Assembly: GCA_002382665.1 (NCBI GenBank)
Contig: DFZA01000010.1
Span: 17,589 to 81,588 of the forward strand
Length of the DNA: 64,000 nt
Direction of reading: 5' to 3'
Origin: Peptococcaceae bacterium UBA4068
Lineage (GTDB): Bacteria; Bacillota; Dehalobacteriia; UBA4068
Shown piece after piece: positions 47,386 through 56,189 of the stretch. The stretch's first letter is position 1, and the number at the start of each line of letters is the position of its first letter. Under the pieces are notes generated by a model, which was given only the letters and a program-made list of their open reading frames with translations, ran no database searches and was not told the origin of the DNA. The translations under genes and the position numbers were made by a program.

Positions 47386-48462
47386 ATCGCCAAAAAACTC
47401 TTTGCCGAATTTACCGAAGCCCGTCAGCTGGGTTTCCTCCATGCCAAAAAAATCAAAGATAATGGCGGTCTGATCGCCGGATGTTTTTGTGCTTTCGCAC
47501 CACGGGAGCTGCTAGCTGCCGCCGGATTTACTACGGTCAATATCTGTAACGCTGCCAAAGAAAATGAATTAGCAGCCATTGCTGATCAAATACCCCCAGG
47601 CATCTGTTCGGCTGTAAAAGCTACCTACGGTTTAGCGTTAACCGATAGATGCCCTTATATCCATTTTTCAGATATATTAATTGGCGAAGACATCTGCCCG
47701 GGACGGATGCAAATTTATCAACTTTTTAAAAAATTAAAAAACGTTTATATTATCCAACTGCCCCAAGGCAGTAATGCCGATGCTGAAATGGAAGCAGAAT
47801 TACGTAAGTTAGCTTCCTTTTTAACAGACCGTTTTAATTGCCGGATAGATGATCAAGCGTTAAGGCAGCAAATAATCAAGAGCAATCAACAAATGCGGCT
47901 GCAGAATGAATTGGCGATGCTTTGCCGCGCCAACCCGCCGCGTCTCGGCGGATATAATTTAGCAAAAATACTTGACGGCGCCGAATTTATATTTGACCAA
48001 CAGGACAAATTACAAAAACTTAATTCGGTAATAGACCAAGCCTCGGTAGCACCTAACAGTAGCGAAAAGCGCGTTGTCGTCAGCGGATGCGGGTTAAACG
48101 GATTAATCGATAAAATAATCAAGCCTGTCGAAGATTTAGGCGCACATATTGTAGCTTTTGACAATTGCCGCTGGGGCCTGTCGCCCTTGTGCGACGAGAA
48201 TATTGCCCAGACTAACCCCTGGCAAGCATTGGCAAAAAAATACAACAATATCAACTGTCTGCAACGTCAAAACGATTCTATAGCCAAATTGATTGCAGAC
48301 ACAAATGCCCAGGCACTGATCAATGTCGGCCTTAGCTGCTGTTCTGTTTGCCAGATTGCGTATGATCATAAACAAATACCGACTCTTAATATCTTAACCG
48401 ATTATACGGACGATGATAAAGACAAAATTAAAGATAGATTAGTTGCATTTTTGGCAAATTAA
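47386..48462 (+). CDS. 2-hydroxyacyl-CoA dehydratase-family / double-cubane-cluster protein (YjiM-like), probable ATC start
   Basis: The frame is open from 47383, well upstream of the tracked ATG at 47707. It reads FAEFTEARQLGF...GCFCAFAPRELLAAAG..NIC...GICSAVKATYG...DRCPY..FSDILIGEDICPG, matching the YjiM N-terminus. GGAGGG lies 7 nt before ATC 47386. Confidence 0.8.
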   Translation: MAKKLFAEFTEARQLGFLHAKKIKDNGGLIAGCFCAFAPRELLAAAGFTTVNICNAAKENELAAIADQIPPGICSAVKATYGLALTDRCPYIHFSDILIGEDICPGRMQIYQLFKKLKNVYIIQLPQGSNADAEMEAELRKLASFLTDRFNCRIDDQALRQQIIKSNQQMRLQNELAMLCRANPPRLGGYNLAKILDGAEFIFDQQDKLQKLNSVIDQASVAPNSSEKRVVVSGCGLNGLIDKIIKPVEDLGAHIVAFDNCRWGLSPLCDENIAQTNPWQALAKKYNNINCLQRQNDSIAKLIADTNAQALINVGLSCCSVCQIAYDHKQIPTLNILTDYTDDDKDKIKDRLVAFLAN

Positions 48463-48465
48463 TCC

Positions 48466-48494
48466 TTGCCAATTTTCTAGAATCGTATTATACT
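48466..48494 (+). promoter_or_regulatory. sigmaA promoter upstream of the cobalamin riboswitch
   Basis: TTGCCA-N17-TATACT. Confidence 0.7.
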
Positions 48495-48499
48495 TCAAG

Positions 48500-48662
48500 A
48501 GAAAAGTGAATACTTTGCGATATGGTATAAGGGAAGAGGGGTGAAAATCCCCCACAACAGCCATTACTGTAATTGCCGACGCGAGAACAACACGCCATTG
48601 TCTTGATTTATGATGAGAAGGCGTTCTCAAGGTTGAAGCATGAGTCAGGAGACCTGCCCTAT
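48500..48662 (+). ncRNA. Cobalamin (B12) riboswitch
   Basis: In the expected order: AAGGGAA, GGTGAAAATCC, CAGCC, CTGTAA, GCCATTG, GAGAAGGC, and the B12 box GAGTCAGGAGACCTGCC. Confidence 0.92.
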
Positions 48663-48715
48663 TGCTTGCACGAACATTATTCCTGGCGTGGGGGATAGCG
48701 GCTTTTTTTATTGTT

Positions 48716-48745
48716 AAAACAAGCTCCCCAATGGGAGCTTGTTTT
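48716..48745 (+). terminator. Leader terminator hairpin (riboswitch expression platform)
   Basis: AAAACAAGCTCCC-CAAT-GGGAGCTTGTTTT just upstream of the GGAGGAG RBS. A weaker hairpin plus T7 run lies at about 48678-48709. Confidence 0.75.
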
Positions 48746-48760
48746 ATTGGAGGAGTACCG

Positions 48761-49429
48761 ATGCAACGAAAAATTTTAATATCAATAATTATTTTAGTGG
48801 TATTTTCAGCATTAATATTATGCTGCTGTCATAACGGTTCCGGGAAAGCCGCCAGTACCAAAGAAAGCACCGCAACTGTTTCGCAGCAGGAACAAACTGC
48901 CAATACTGATCAAAAAACAATAGATAATCAACAACAAAATCAGAATGCGGAACAGCAACCAATAAAGCAGACGACTACAAGTAATAACAAAACGCAGCAG
49001 CAGACCAATCAAACAACAACGACAACAAAGACCTCTAGTGCTAAAACAGACAAATTAACCTGTACGCTTAGTGTTTCCTGTGCCAGTATTTTTGACCATC
49101 TCGACAGCTTTAACAGCGACAAATTAGAGCTAGTGCCGGAAGATGGCATAGTATTCTATAAAAAAGATTGCGAATTTACCAAAGGCGAGAGCGTATTTGA
49201 CGTTTTAAAACGAGAACTGTTAGCTGCCGAGATTCACTTTGAATTTTCCACCACGCCGGTCTACAATACCAATTACGTTGAAGCTATTGATAATATTTAC
49301 GAATTTGACGGCGGCGACTTTACCGGCTGGAAATACAAAGTTAACGGTACTTTTCCCGGTTGTGGCTGTTCGTTATATAAAGTCAGCGACGGCGACGTTA
49401 TCGAATGGGTTTATACTTTTAATTATTGA
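48761..49429 (+). CDS. DUF4430 (transcobalamin-like C-terminal domain) lipoprotein, putative corrinoid-binding
   Basis: Lipoprotein-type signal ending LILCCC; Q/T/N linker; GESVFDVL...YVEAIDNIYEFDGG..TGWKYKVNG..P..G...Y....GDVIEWVYT. Start placed at ATG 48761 after GGAGGAG. Confidence 0.85.
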   Translation: MQRKILISIIILVVFSALILCCCHNGSGKAASTKESTATVSQQEQTANTDQKTIDNQQQNQNAEQQPIKQTTTSNNKTQQQTNQTTTTTKTSSAKTDKLTCTLSVSCASIFDHLDSFNSDKLELVPEDGIVFYKKDCEFTKGESVFDVLKRELLAAEIHFEFSTTPVYNTNYVEAIDNIYEFDGGDFTGWKYKVNGTFPGCGCSLYKVSDGDVIEWVYTFNY

Positions 49430-49455
49430 TTTTTAATATGGAAGGGGTTTAGAGA

Positions 49456-51897
49456 ATGTTCAACAAAAAAAGTAACTGTAAAAATGTCTTTGTTTTATTG
49501 CTGCTGGCACTTCTATTGTTGCTGGCGGCAACCACAACGGTATTGGCGGCAACCGTCAGTCCGCAGGTAGCAATGGATGACACCGTAAATAATTACTACA
49601 TTACAGCCAGAGACCGGACTATGGGAGATTGGGAGGAACTGCTTGCGCTCTATACCGCCCAGACAATCGGCGGCAGTGATATTGACTTAGCTGCTTTTGA
49701 TCAGCAGATCACTTATTCTTCAGACAGCACTGCAGTAATAGACTCTTTAATCAACGGTAATATGGCCGATGCTTCAACTTATGCAGCTGATTTGGTAGAC
49801 GGCACTACCTTGATCAGCGCCGGCTATGCCTACACTGACGCATACTCAATGATCGCAATAGAGGCTTATAACCGTGCTGCTGCCGAAACATCTGATTATC
49901 AGCCGCTACCATATGATAAAGATACAGCTATATCAGCTTTGATTGATACAATGGAAAGTGACGGCGGATTCGGCTACGGAGTCTACAGCAGTGGTAGCAG
50001 TGATGTTGACAATACTGCAATGGCTTTGATCGCGCTTTCGCTTTACCAGGACAGCGACGCCCCTGATTGTTCACCCAACGTGTCCCAGGCAATCACCTCC
50101 GGACTGGCTTATCTTCAGACTGTACAAGCGGCAAACGGCGGTTTCAACTATTCATATACTTATGATGACCAACTGTTTTCGAGCTACAGCGGCAACTCTA
50201 CAGCAGTGGTAATCTGGGCAATCATTGCCAATGGCGGCAATCCCACAGCTGCGGAGTGGACGACCGAAGGCGGTGATACCCCTGTTTCCGCTCTAATCAC
50301 CAATTCTTATATCAGCGGCGGCGGTTTCGGCGATTACGGTGCAGCAGACTATTTTTGTTCCAAACAAGCTCTAATTGCCGTAACCGAGGTAACTGCCTTA
50401 AACAAGCTCAGCAGCCCCTCTCCTGAACAAATAAAAGACTGCTCAATATTTAATACCCTATCCCTTAACCAAGACATGCTCCACCCCGTGCATTTGCTGG
50501 TCTATGACGGCAGCGGCATCAGTCAAAAATCATTATCCGTTCCTCATGGCAATTCGCTTAGCAATGCGTTAAGCGCCGCCGGTATTGATCCCAGCGGATT
50601 GAAATGTTACTTCAACGGCAGTACAATTACTGATTTGAGTACTACAATAACCGGCGAAAGTTATCTTACCCTGGCTCCGGAGGGTATTACCCATATCGGC
50701 CAATTTTATCAAGGCAGCACAAAAACTACATCCGCCACTATTGAAGTCGGACATACAGCCAATTTCATTCTTAAAAGTATAGCGGTTGATGACGCCACCC
50801 AGACAGAAACTACCAGCGCCAACATCGCTCTCAGTAATGATATCACTACCGACGCCAACGGCCATTTTTCTTTCAGCAGCAACAGTAGCGGCAGCTATAA
50901 TATCACCTCCGCCACAACAGGTTATATCACTCCAACATTAACCATTACTGTAATCCCCCAAAACAACGACAGCAGCCAATATATTACACTCAATGTCAGT
51001 GATAGCGGTGGACATATCAATAATTATAATAATGACAGTATTATCTATAACTCCCAACAGACGCCATTGTCGCTATTACTGCAATATAAAGAAAATGTAG
51101 TACTTCAAGGTAGCAGCTATGTTGTGTCAATTGACGGCTGGAGCGCCGGTGACGGCGGCGCCAACAGCGGCTGGCTCTATAAAGTCAAACGCGGCGGTAA
51201 AATGCTTTACCCAACGGTACCGGCCGCTTCTTACGCACTGCAATCCGGTGATATTGTATATTGGTATTACACATATAATTATACTAACGATCAAGGCTCT
51301 TCAAACTGGAGCGGTACGACAACAACCACCGACACCGTTGACGGCAAACAATTTAATGATGTTAACTCAGAATATTGGGCCGCCGCATATATTAACGATT
51401 TGAGCAGCCGTAATATTTTCGGCGGATATCCGGACGGCAGTTTCCGTCCCGAACAAAATATCAGCCGTAGCGAATTTATCGCCCTGTTGGCGCGCATAAG
51501 CGGAGAGACACTGCCGGAATATAACAATACATTCGCTGATGTATCCTCAAATAGTTGGTATGCTGCTGATGTTGCCTGGGCCGTTGGCACAGGAATCACA
51601 AACGGCATCGACAGCAAACACTTTTCTCCCGATACCCCGATCAGCCGTCAGGATATGGCTGTGATGCTTGCCCGTTTTATCGCTCATATGCAATACCAAA
51701 TCACATCGCAAAACGATACCAATACTTTAAGCGATAGTGATTTAATCAACGATTATGCCAGATCTGCAGTCTTACAAATGCAGCAAGCCGGTATCATCAA
51801 CGGTTATACAGACAATAGTTTTCGGCCTTGCGATACCGCTTCCAGAGCGGAAGTTGCAAAAATATTAAGCGTATTACTTACTAAAATCTCAAAATAA
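49456..51897 (+). CDS. S-layer-anchored protein: alpha/alpha-barrel (prenyltransferase-like repeats) + DUF4430 + 3 SLH
   Basis: Signal peptide; DGGFG..SDVDNTAMALIAL, LAYL..VQAANGGF, NSTAVVIWAI repeats; YVVSIDG...SGWLYKV...GDIVYWYYT; three SLH repeats (FNDV..YWA...GYPDGSFRP...ISRSEF, and two more). Confidence 0.88.
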   Translation: MFNKKSNCKNVFVLLLLALLLLLAATTTVLAATVSPQVAMDDTVNNYYITARDRTMGDWEELLALYTAQTIGGSDIDLAAFDQQITYSSDSTAVIDSLINGNMADASTYAADLVDGTTLISAGYAYTDAYSMIAIEAYNRAAAETSDYQPLPYDKDTAISALIDTMESDGGFGYGVYSSGSSDVDNTAMALIALSLYQDSDAPDCSPNVSQAITSGLAYLQTVQAANGGFNYSYTYDDQLFSSYSGNSTAVVIWAIIANGGNPTAAEWTTEGGDTPVSALITNSYISGGGFGDYGAADYFCSKQALIAVTEVTALNKLSSPSPEQIKDCSIFNTLSLNQDMLHPVHLLVYDGSGISQKSLSVPHGNSLSNALSAAGIDPSGLKCYFNGSTITDLSTTITGESYLTLAPEGITHIGQFYQGSTKTTSATIEVGHTANFILKSIAVDDATQTETTSANIALSNDITTDANGHFSFSSNSSGSYNITSATTGYITPTLTITVIPQNNDSSQYITLNVSDSGGHINNYNNDSIIYNSQQTPLSLLLQYKENVVLQGSSYVVSIDGWSAGDGGANSGWLYKVKRGGKMLYPTVPAASYALQSGDIVYWYYTYNYTNDQGSSNWSGTTTTTDTVDGKQFNDVNSEYWAAAYINDLSSRNIFGGYPDGSFRPEQNISRSEFIALLARISGETLPEYNNTFADVSSNSWYAADVAWAVGTGITNGIDSKHFSPDTPISRQDMAVMLARFIAHMQYQITSQNDTNTLSDSDLINDYARSAVLQMQQAGIINGYTDNSFRPCDTASRAEVAKILSVLLTKISK

Positions 51898-51921
51898 TTA
51901 TCATAATCAATCGCAAACATA

Positions 51922-51962
51922 TTAAAAACCAACTGGCACATAATGTAGCAGTTGGTTTTTTA
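51922..51962. terminator. Bidirectional terminator
   Basis: TAAAAACCAACTG-GCACATAATGTAG-CAGTTGGTTTTTTA between convergent genes. Confidence 0.8.
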
Positions 51963-51967
51963 ATATG

Positions 51968-52168
51968 TTATTTTTGCTGTTCTTTAAGCACATTACGCAA
52001 CTTAGCCAAGATTACTTTTTTTTCGATCATAGCTCTTTCAATAGTTTCAATCATCGGATCATCCTCGTTACTGATCCGTCGTTGTAAATCGTCTTTATTA
52101 TTTCTAATCGACTTTTGTAATACTTGCTGCAAGCGATCTATTTCCCGGCTGGTAAGCTCAATTTTCAT
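51968..52168 (-). CDS. Small helical hypothetical protein, 66 aa
   Basis: MKIELTSREIDRLQQVLQKS...; AAGGGAG RBS; overlaps the end of the upstream gene. Confidence 0.65.
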   Translation of the reverse strand: MKIELTSREIDRLQQVLQKSIRNNKDDLQRRISNEDDPMIETIERAMIEKKVILAKLRNVLKEQQK

Positions 52169-52922
52169 CGCTATTCTCCCCTTCCTGGATATGCTTATCG
52201 CCAAAACTATGCTTAGGCCGCGGGTGATAATATAGACTTTTAAATACCGCAGCCGGAACGCCAGTAAGTTTGGCGATTTTCCATAAATAATCGGGATACG
52301 GATAAATACCATAGCGGCAAATGTTATCCGTCGGCCAAATCAGATGGCGACAAAAACGGCCAAGCGCAGTATCTTCGTCTGCCAACTTTATAGCCGCTTG
52401 TCGGTCGCAACCAATTGCCAGCCATAATGATTCGGCAAGCAACCCATCATGAATAGCGCAATAACGTCCAGTTTCGAATAAGTAGCTGTTTAAAGGCTCT
52501 AACGCTTGTCTACCCTGATGCCGGAGAAACCAAACCAGACCCCTGACAAAAACCCAGTCATTATCTTGCAGCAACGACGCTGTCGCTGTTATTTTATCGG
52601 ATACCTGCAACTGTAATAAGGCATCTAGTATGGCCAGCCGCCAATGGGTGGCTTTTATTTCAGTTAACATCGCGGCTAACGGCTGAAAATAATCTGCTCG
52701 CTTGCTACGGCCAATGACAATCAATGTCTTCAGCCGCACTGCAAAAACACCATCATCATCAGTATCAGCAGCCAGTGATGATAATAAATCTAAAAGCGGC
52801 TGAAAAACAGCCGCTTCATTAATAGCACACCCTTCAATCATTGATAACAAGCGCAATTTCTGTTCGCAAGAACCTGTTACCAGTAAATCTGCCCAATCGG
52901 CCGGTAAATAATCTGCCTTCAT
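52158..52922 (-). CDS. HEAT-repeat-like hypothetical protein
   Basis: Leu/Ala-rich helical repeats (WRLAILDALLQL...LLQDNDWVFVRGLVWFL..QG..ALEPL). ATG follows 1 nt after the SH3 gene stop. Confidence 0.6.
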   Translation of the reverse strand: MKADYLPADWADLLVTGSCEQKLRLLSMIEGCAINEAAVFQPLLDLLSSLAADTDDDGVFAVRLKTLIVIGRSKRADYFQPLAAMLTEIKATHWRLAILDALLQLQVSDKITATASLLQDNDWVFVRGLVWFLRHQGRQALEPLNSYLFETGRYCAIHDGLLAESLWLAIGCDRQAAIKLADEDTALGRFCRHLIWPTDNICRYGIYPYPDYLWKIAKLTGVPAAVFKSLYYHPRPKHSFGDKHIQEGENSDEN

Positions 52923-52923
52923 A

Positions 52924-53457
52924 TTAATAAGGAGTACCACAAAGCCATCCGGCTACCCAACCTTGTGTGCCGTTACTTAATTCAACTTTATACCAGACTT
53001 TACCGGAACTGTCTTCTTTCTTATCAAGATAAGTGAGTATATCACCGGCAGTAGCAGTGCCTACCTTTTCGGCATCGGTCGAAGCGGATGTACGTATATT
53101 AACACCGTTGGAAGTAACTTTGACTTTTGTAGGTGTCTCTGTGGAGTTATTGGAATTATTGCTTTCGTTGCTGCTATTGCTGGTGGTATCACTGCTAGTG
53201 GTATCTGATTCATTATCGGTATCCTGAACACCGGCTAACGTTTGTAATTGCGTTACATCAGCCTGTAATTCTTCAATCTGAGTTTGCATAGAAGATAAAC
53301 GTTCACCGATCAGCTTATCCACATAACTTTTCGATACTAAAGGATCATCTTTCGTACCGGTGCTGACAGTTGATTGCACCACCTGGCCGATAACAAAACC
53401 TATCGCCAAGGCCGCAACAGCTACAATCACCAATAAAATCAAACCGCTCTTTTTCAT
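52924..53457 (-). CDS. Membrane-anchored SH3b-domain protein
   Basis: N-terminal TM, DDPLVSKSYVD coiled coil, S/T/N linker, VNIRTSASTDAEKVG...GD.L.YL....WYKVEL.NG..GWV. Confidence 0.85.
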   Translation of the reverse strand: MKKSGLILLVIVAVAALAIGFVIGQVVQSTVSTGTKDDPLVSKSYVDKLIGERLSSMQTQIEELQADVTQLQTLAGVQDTDNESDTTSSDTTSNSSNESNNSNNSTETPTKVKVTSNGVNIRTSASTDAEKVGTATAGDILTYLDKKEDSSGKVWYKVELSNGTQGWVAGWLCGTPY

Positions 53458-53469
53458 CTCAACACTCCC

Positions 53470-54528
53470 TTAAACAGAATTACGCTCTCTTTTGTCTGAG
53501 GCAGAAATGATTTGTCTGCGGTTCCCCCGCAAGACGCCCAATCTATCGGCACCAACAAAAGTAACAATCGTGATAATAATTAAGACCATGACTGCTTGCG
53601 AACTAGTCAATAATGCCATCAATACCGCACAAAAACCAAGCACAATGCTGATTGCATAAATAATCAATACTGTTTGCATATGCGATAAACCCAGCGACAG
53701 TAAACTATGATGCAAATGGCCATTATCGGCTTGGAAAATCGGTCGGTGTAAAAACATCCGCCGCACAATCGCAAAAAAAGTATCAAATACCGGTATGCCC
53801 ATAATAATCAGCGGAATAAAAATCGAAATAACCGTAGCTCCCTTGGACAGACCCATTACCGCCAAAGCGCCGAGGATAAATCCAAGGAAAAGCGAGCCGC
53901 AATCACCCATAAACGTCTTTGCCGGATGAAAGTTGTAGCGCAAAAAGCCAAAAGCAGCCGCTGCTAATATAGCCGCCAAAGCTGCCGTTACTACGTCGCC
54001 CTGGGTAAAACAAACGATGGTCATGGTCAAAGCGGCTATCGCTGATACTCCGGCAGACAGACCGTCCAAACCGTCGATTAAATTGACCGCATTAGAAACG
54101 CCGGTTAACCAAATAACAGTTACCGGGACAGCAAAGATACCCAAAGAAATTAAACCGCCGTCAAAGGGATTGGTGATAAAACGAATACAGAATCCGCCCT
54201 GAATCAACACTAAAGAAGCAAATACTTGTCCCAACAATTTGACTTTTGGCGATATTCCGCGAGCATCATCTATCAAACCAAACAGCATGACAATCGTGCC
54301 GGATACCAACAACGCCGCAACTTGCCGCGTATATACCCCTAAAAACATTGTACCGGCAACAAAAGCGATATAAATAGCCACGCCGCCCATGCGAGGTATG
54401 GATGATTGATGAACCTTGCGTGCATTCGGTTGGTCTACAATATGCAGCTTGTCCGCAACGCGAATGCTAATCGGCGTCGCAACCAAGGCTACTATTAGAG
54501 TTAATAAAACAGTGGCAAATAAATACAT
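53470..54528 (-). CDS. MraY/TagO/WecA-family undecaprenyl-phosphate sugar-1-phosphate transferase
   Basis: RKVH...PRMGG, GLIDD, NAVNLIDGLDGL, FLRYNFHPAKTFMGDCGS, DTFFAIVRR, HLHH. Confidence 0.92.
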   Translation of the reverse strand: MYLFATVLLTLIVALVATPISIRVADKLHIVDQPNARKVHQSSIPRMGGVAIYIAFVAGTMFLGVYTRQVAALLVSGTIVMLFGLIDDARGISPKVKLLGQVFASLVLIQGGFCIRFITNPFDGGLISLGIFAVPVTVIWLTGVSNAVNLIDGLDGLSAGVSAIAALTMTIVCFTQGDVVTAALAAILAAAAFGFLRYNFHPAKTFMGDCGSLFLGFILGALAVMGLSKGATVISIFIPLIIMGIPVFDTFFAIVRRMFLHRPIFQADNGHLHHSLLSLGLSHMQTVLIIYAISIVLGFCAVLMALLTSSQAVMVLIIITIVTFVGADRLGVLRGNRRQIISASDKRERNSV

Positions 54529-54614
54529 TTCTTATCTCCTATGGTTATCCGCAATACACAACCATATTTCTAAACTTCCCTAATTTATATTTTCTCACTA
54601 TTAATTAGCTTTTG

Positions 54615-56150
54615 TCAATCTTTTTGTGTTTTATTTCGCAAACTGTAGTAAATTTCTTTTAAAATAGTTATCCCCATTATTCGAGTAAAAATAAAATATA
54701 GGCCGCAACCAATAATAATTAATACTAGAACTTGCAAGGCAAGAACTGAGCGCATTAACGCCATCGGTACAATCTTTAGCGAAATAAAAATTAACACACC
54801 CATTAATATAGCCGCAACAGTCATTTTTAATATTTGTTTGATATTGATGCCGCCGTCTAAACTCTTACGTAAATACAAAACATGAAACAAAGTATTGACG
54901 GCAGCAGCCAAAGAATTGGCTAAAGCAAGCCCGCCATGCGCCATATACGGCATTAACAACAAGCTGGCGCCAATATTGACCGCAATGGAAATTAAACCGG
55001 CAATCAACGGTTGCTTGACTTCATTCATCGCGTAAAATGCTCTGGTCAGCAACATATTAAACCCCATAAAAACTATACTGGGGCTGATATAAAACAAAGC
55101 ATAGGCTGTAATTCTCGTAGCCTCGGCATCAAAACTGCCACTTTCAAATAATACGCGGATGATCGGTTCGCTTAAAACCATCAACCCTACCGTGGCCGGT
55201 AAAGCTAAGAAAGCAACCATATCCAAACCTTTATCGACGGCCGCCTTTAAAGACGGTTTATCATCTTCCAATGCTTTTTGGGTCATTAAAGGATAAATAA
55301 CGGTGGCAATCGCGGCAACAAAAATGCCCAGTGGCATATTCATCAGCTTGCTGGCGTAATTAAGCGCCGAAATACTGCCCTCAGCCAAACCAGAGGCAAA
55401 TATCCTGTTGATTATCGTATAAATTTGATTAACAGCAATGCCAATGACAATCGGCGCTATGTTTTTAGCGGCTTGCCGCAGCGCCGGATGATGGAAATCG
55501 CATACCGGAAGATATACAAAACCGCAGCGTTTGAGCGCAGGTATTTGTATAAGCAAAAAACCCAAGAAACTGACTAAAGTCGCCCAGGCCAATACATGAA
55601 TATTATTTCCCGCGAAACAGATGATGCCGCCAATAATAATCAAACTGCCAACACCGGGAGCAATGGCGGCAACCGCAAAACGGCGGCGGCAATTAAGAAT
55701 GCCCGATATTACCATGCCTACGCCCATAAATAATACTGAAGGGAAGATAACCCGCATCAAATTTATAGCCAGTTGGCTGGTCACCGGATCAAGTCCGGGC
55801 GCCGTCAATTTCACTAAAAACCGGGCAAAGATAATGCCGGCAATACTGACAATTAATAATACCAACACCGTAATATTAATTAAAGAGCTGCCGACAATAC
55901 TCGCTTCTTGATTGCATAGCTGATCCTCTTCGGGCCAATAACGCGCCAATGCCGGTATTACCGCTACAACTAACGCATAGCCCAAAACGGATTGCAGGCT
56001 ATAAGGCAACGTATAAGCAACAAGGTAGGCGTCTGTCAAATATGAGGCGCCAAATCCTGAAGCAATAAACATCTCCCGCAAAAAACCTAAGAGCTTAACG
56101 ACAATATTTATTATAAAAACCGCGCCCGCCGCTCGGATAATGCTACCCAC
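54615..56150 (-). CDS. murJ: MurJ/MviN-type flippase, copy 2
   Basis: KLLGFLRE..IAS.FGA...DAYLVAYTLP, GSISALNYA.KL..MPLGIF, RAFYA, GLALANS. Confidence 0.88.
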   Translation of the reverse strand: MGSIIRAAGAVFIINIVVKLLGFLREMFIASGFGASYLTDAYLVAYTLPYSLQSVLGYALVVAVIPALARYWPEEDQLCNQEASIVGSSLINITVLVLLIVSIAGIIFARFLVKLTAPGLDPVTSQLAINLMRVIFPSVLFMGVGMVISGILNCRRRFAVAAIAPGVGSLIIIGGIICFAGNNIHVLAWATLVSFLGFLLIQIPALKRCGFVYLPVCDFHHPALRQAAKNIAPIVIGIAVNQIYTIINRIFASGLAEGSISALNYASKLMNMPLGIFVAAIATVIYPLMTQKALEDDKPSLKAAVDKGLDMVAFLALPATVGLMVLSEPIIRVLFESGSFDAEATRITAYALFYISPSIVFMGFNMLLTRAFYAMNEVKQPLIAGLISIAVNIGASLLLMPYMAHGGLALANSLAAAVNTLFHVLYLRKSLDGGINIKQILKMTVAAILMGVLIFISLKIVPMALMRSVLALQVLVLIIIGCGLYFIFTRIMGITILKEIYYSLRNKTQKD

Positions 56151-56189
56151 AAACTGCTACTCCTTCATATTGCGATAAAATTATCGTTA

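Noticed and set aside
48439-48760. Minus ORF 48439-48630 and the upstream extension (48662) of the DUF4430 ORF
   Set aside because: The region is occupied by the cobalamin riboswitch and its terminator; the real start is ATG 48761 with GGAGGAG.
52169-52312. Long version (114 aa) of the ORF ending at 51968
   Set aside because: It overlaps the HEAT-like gene by about 150 nt, and an RBS precedes ATG 52168.
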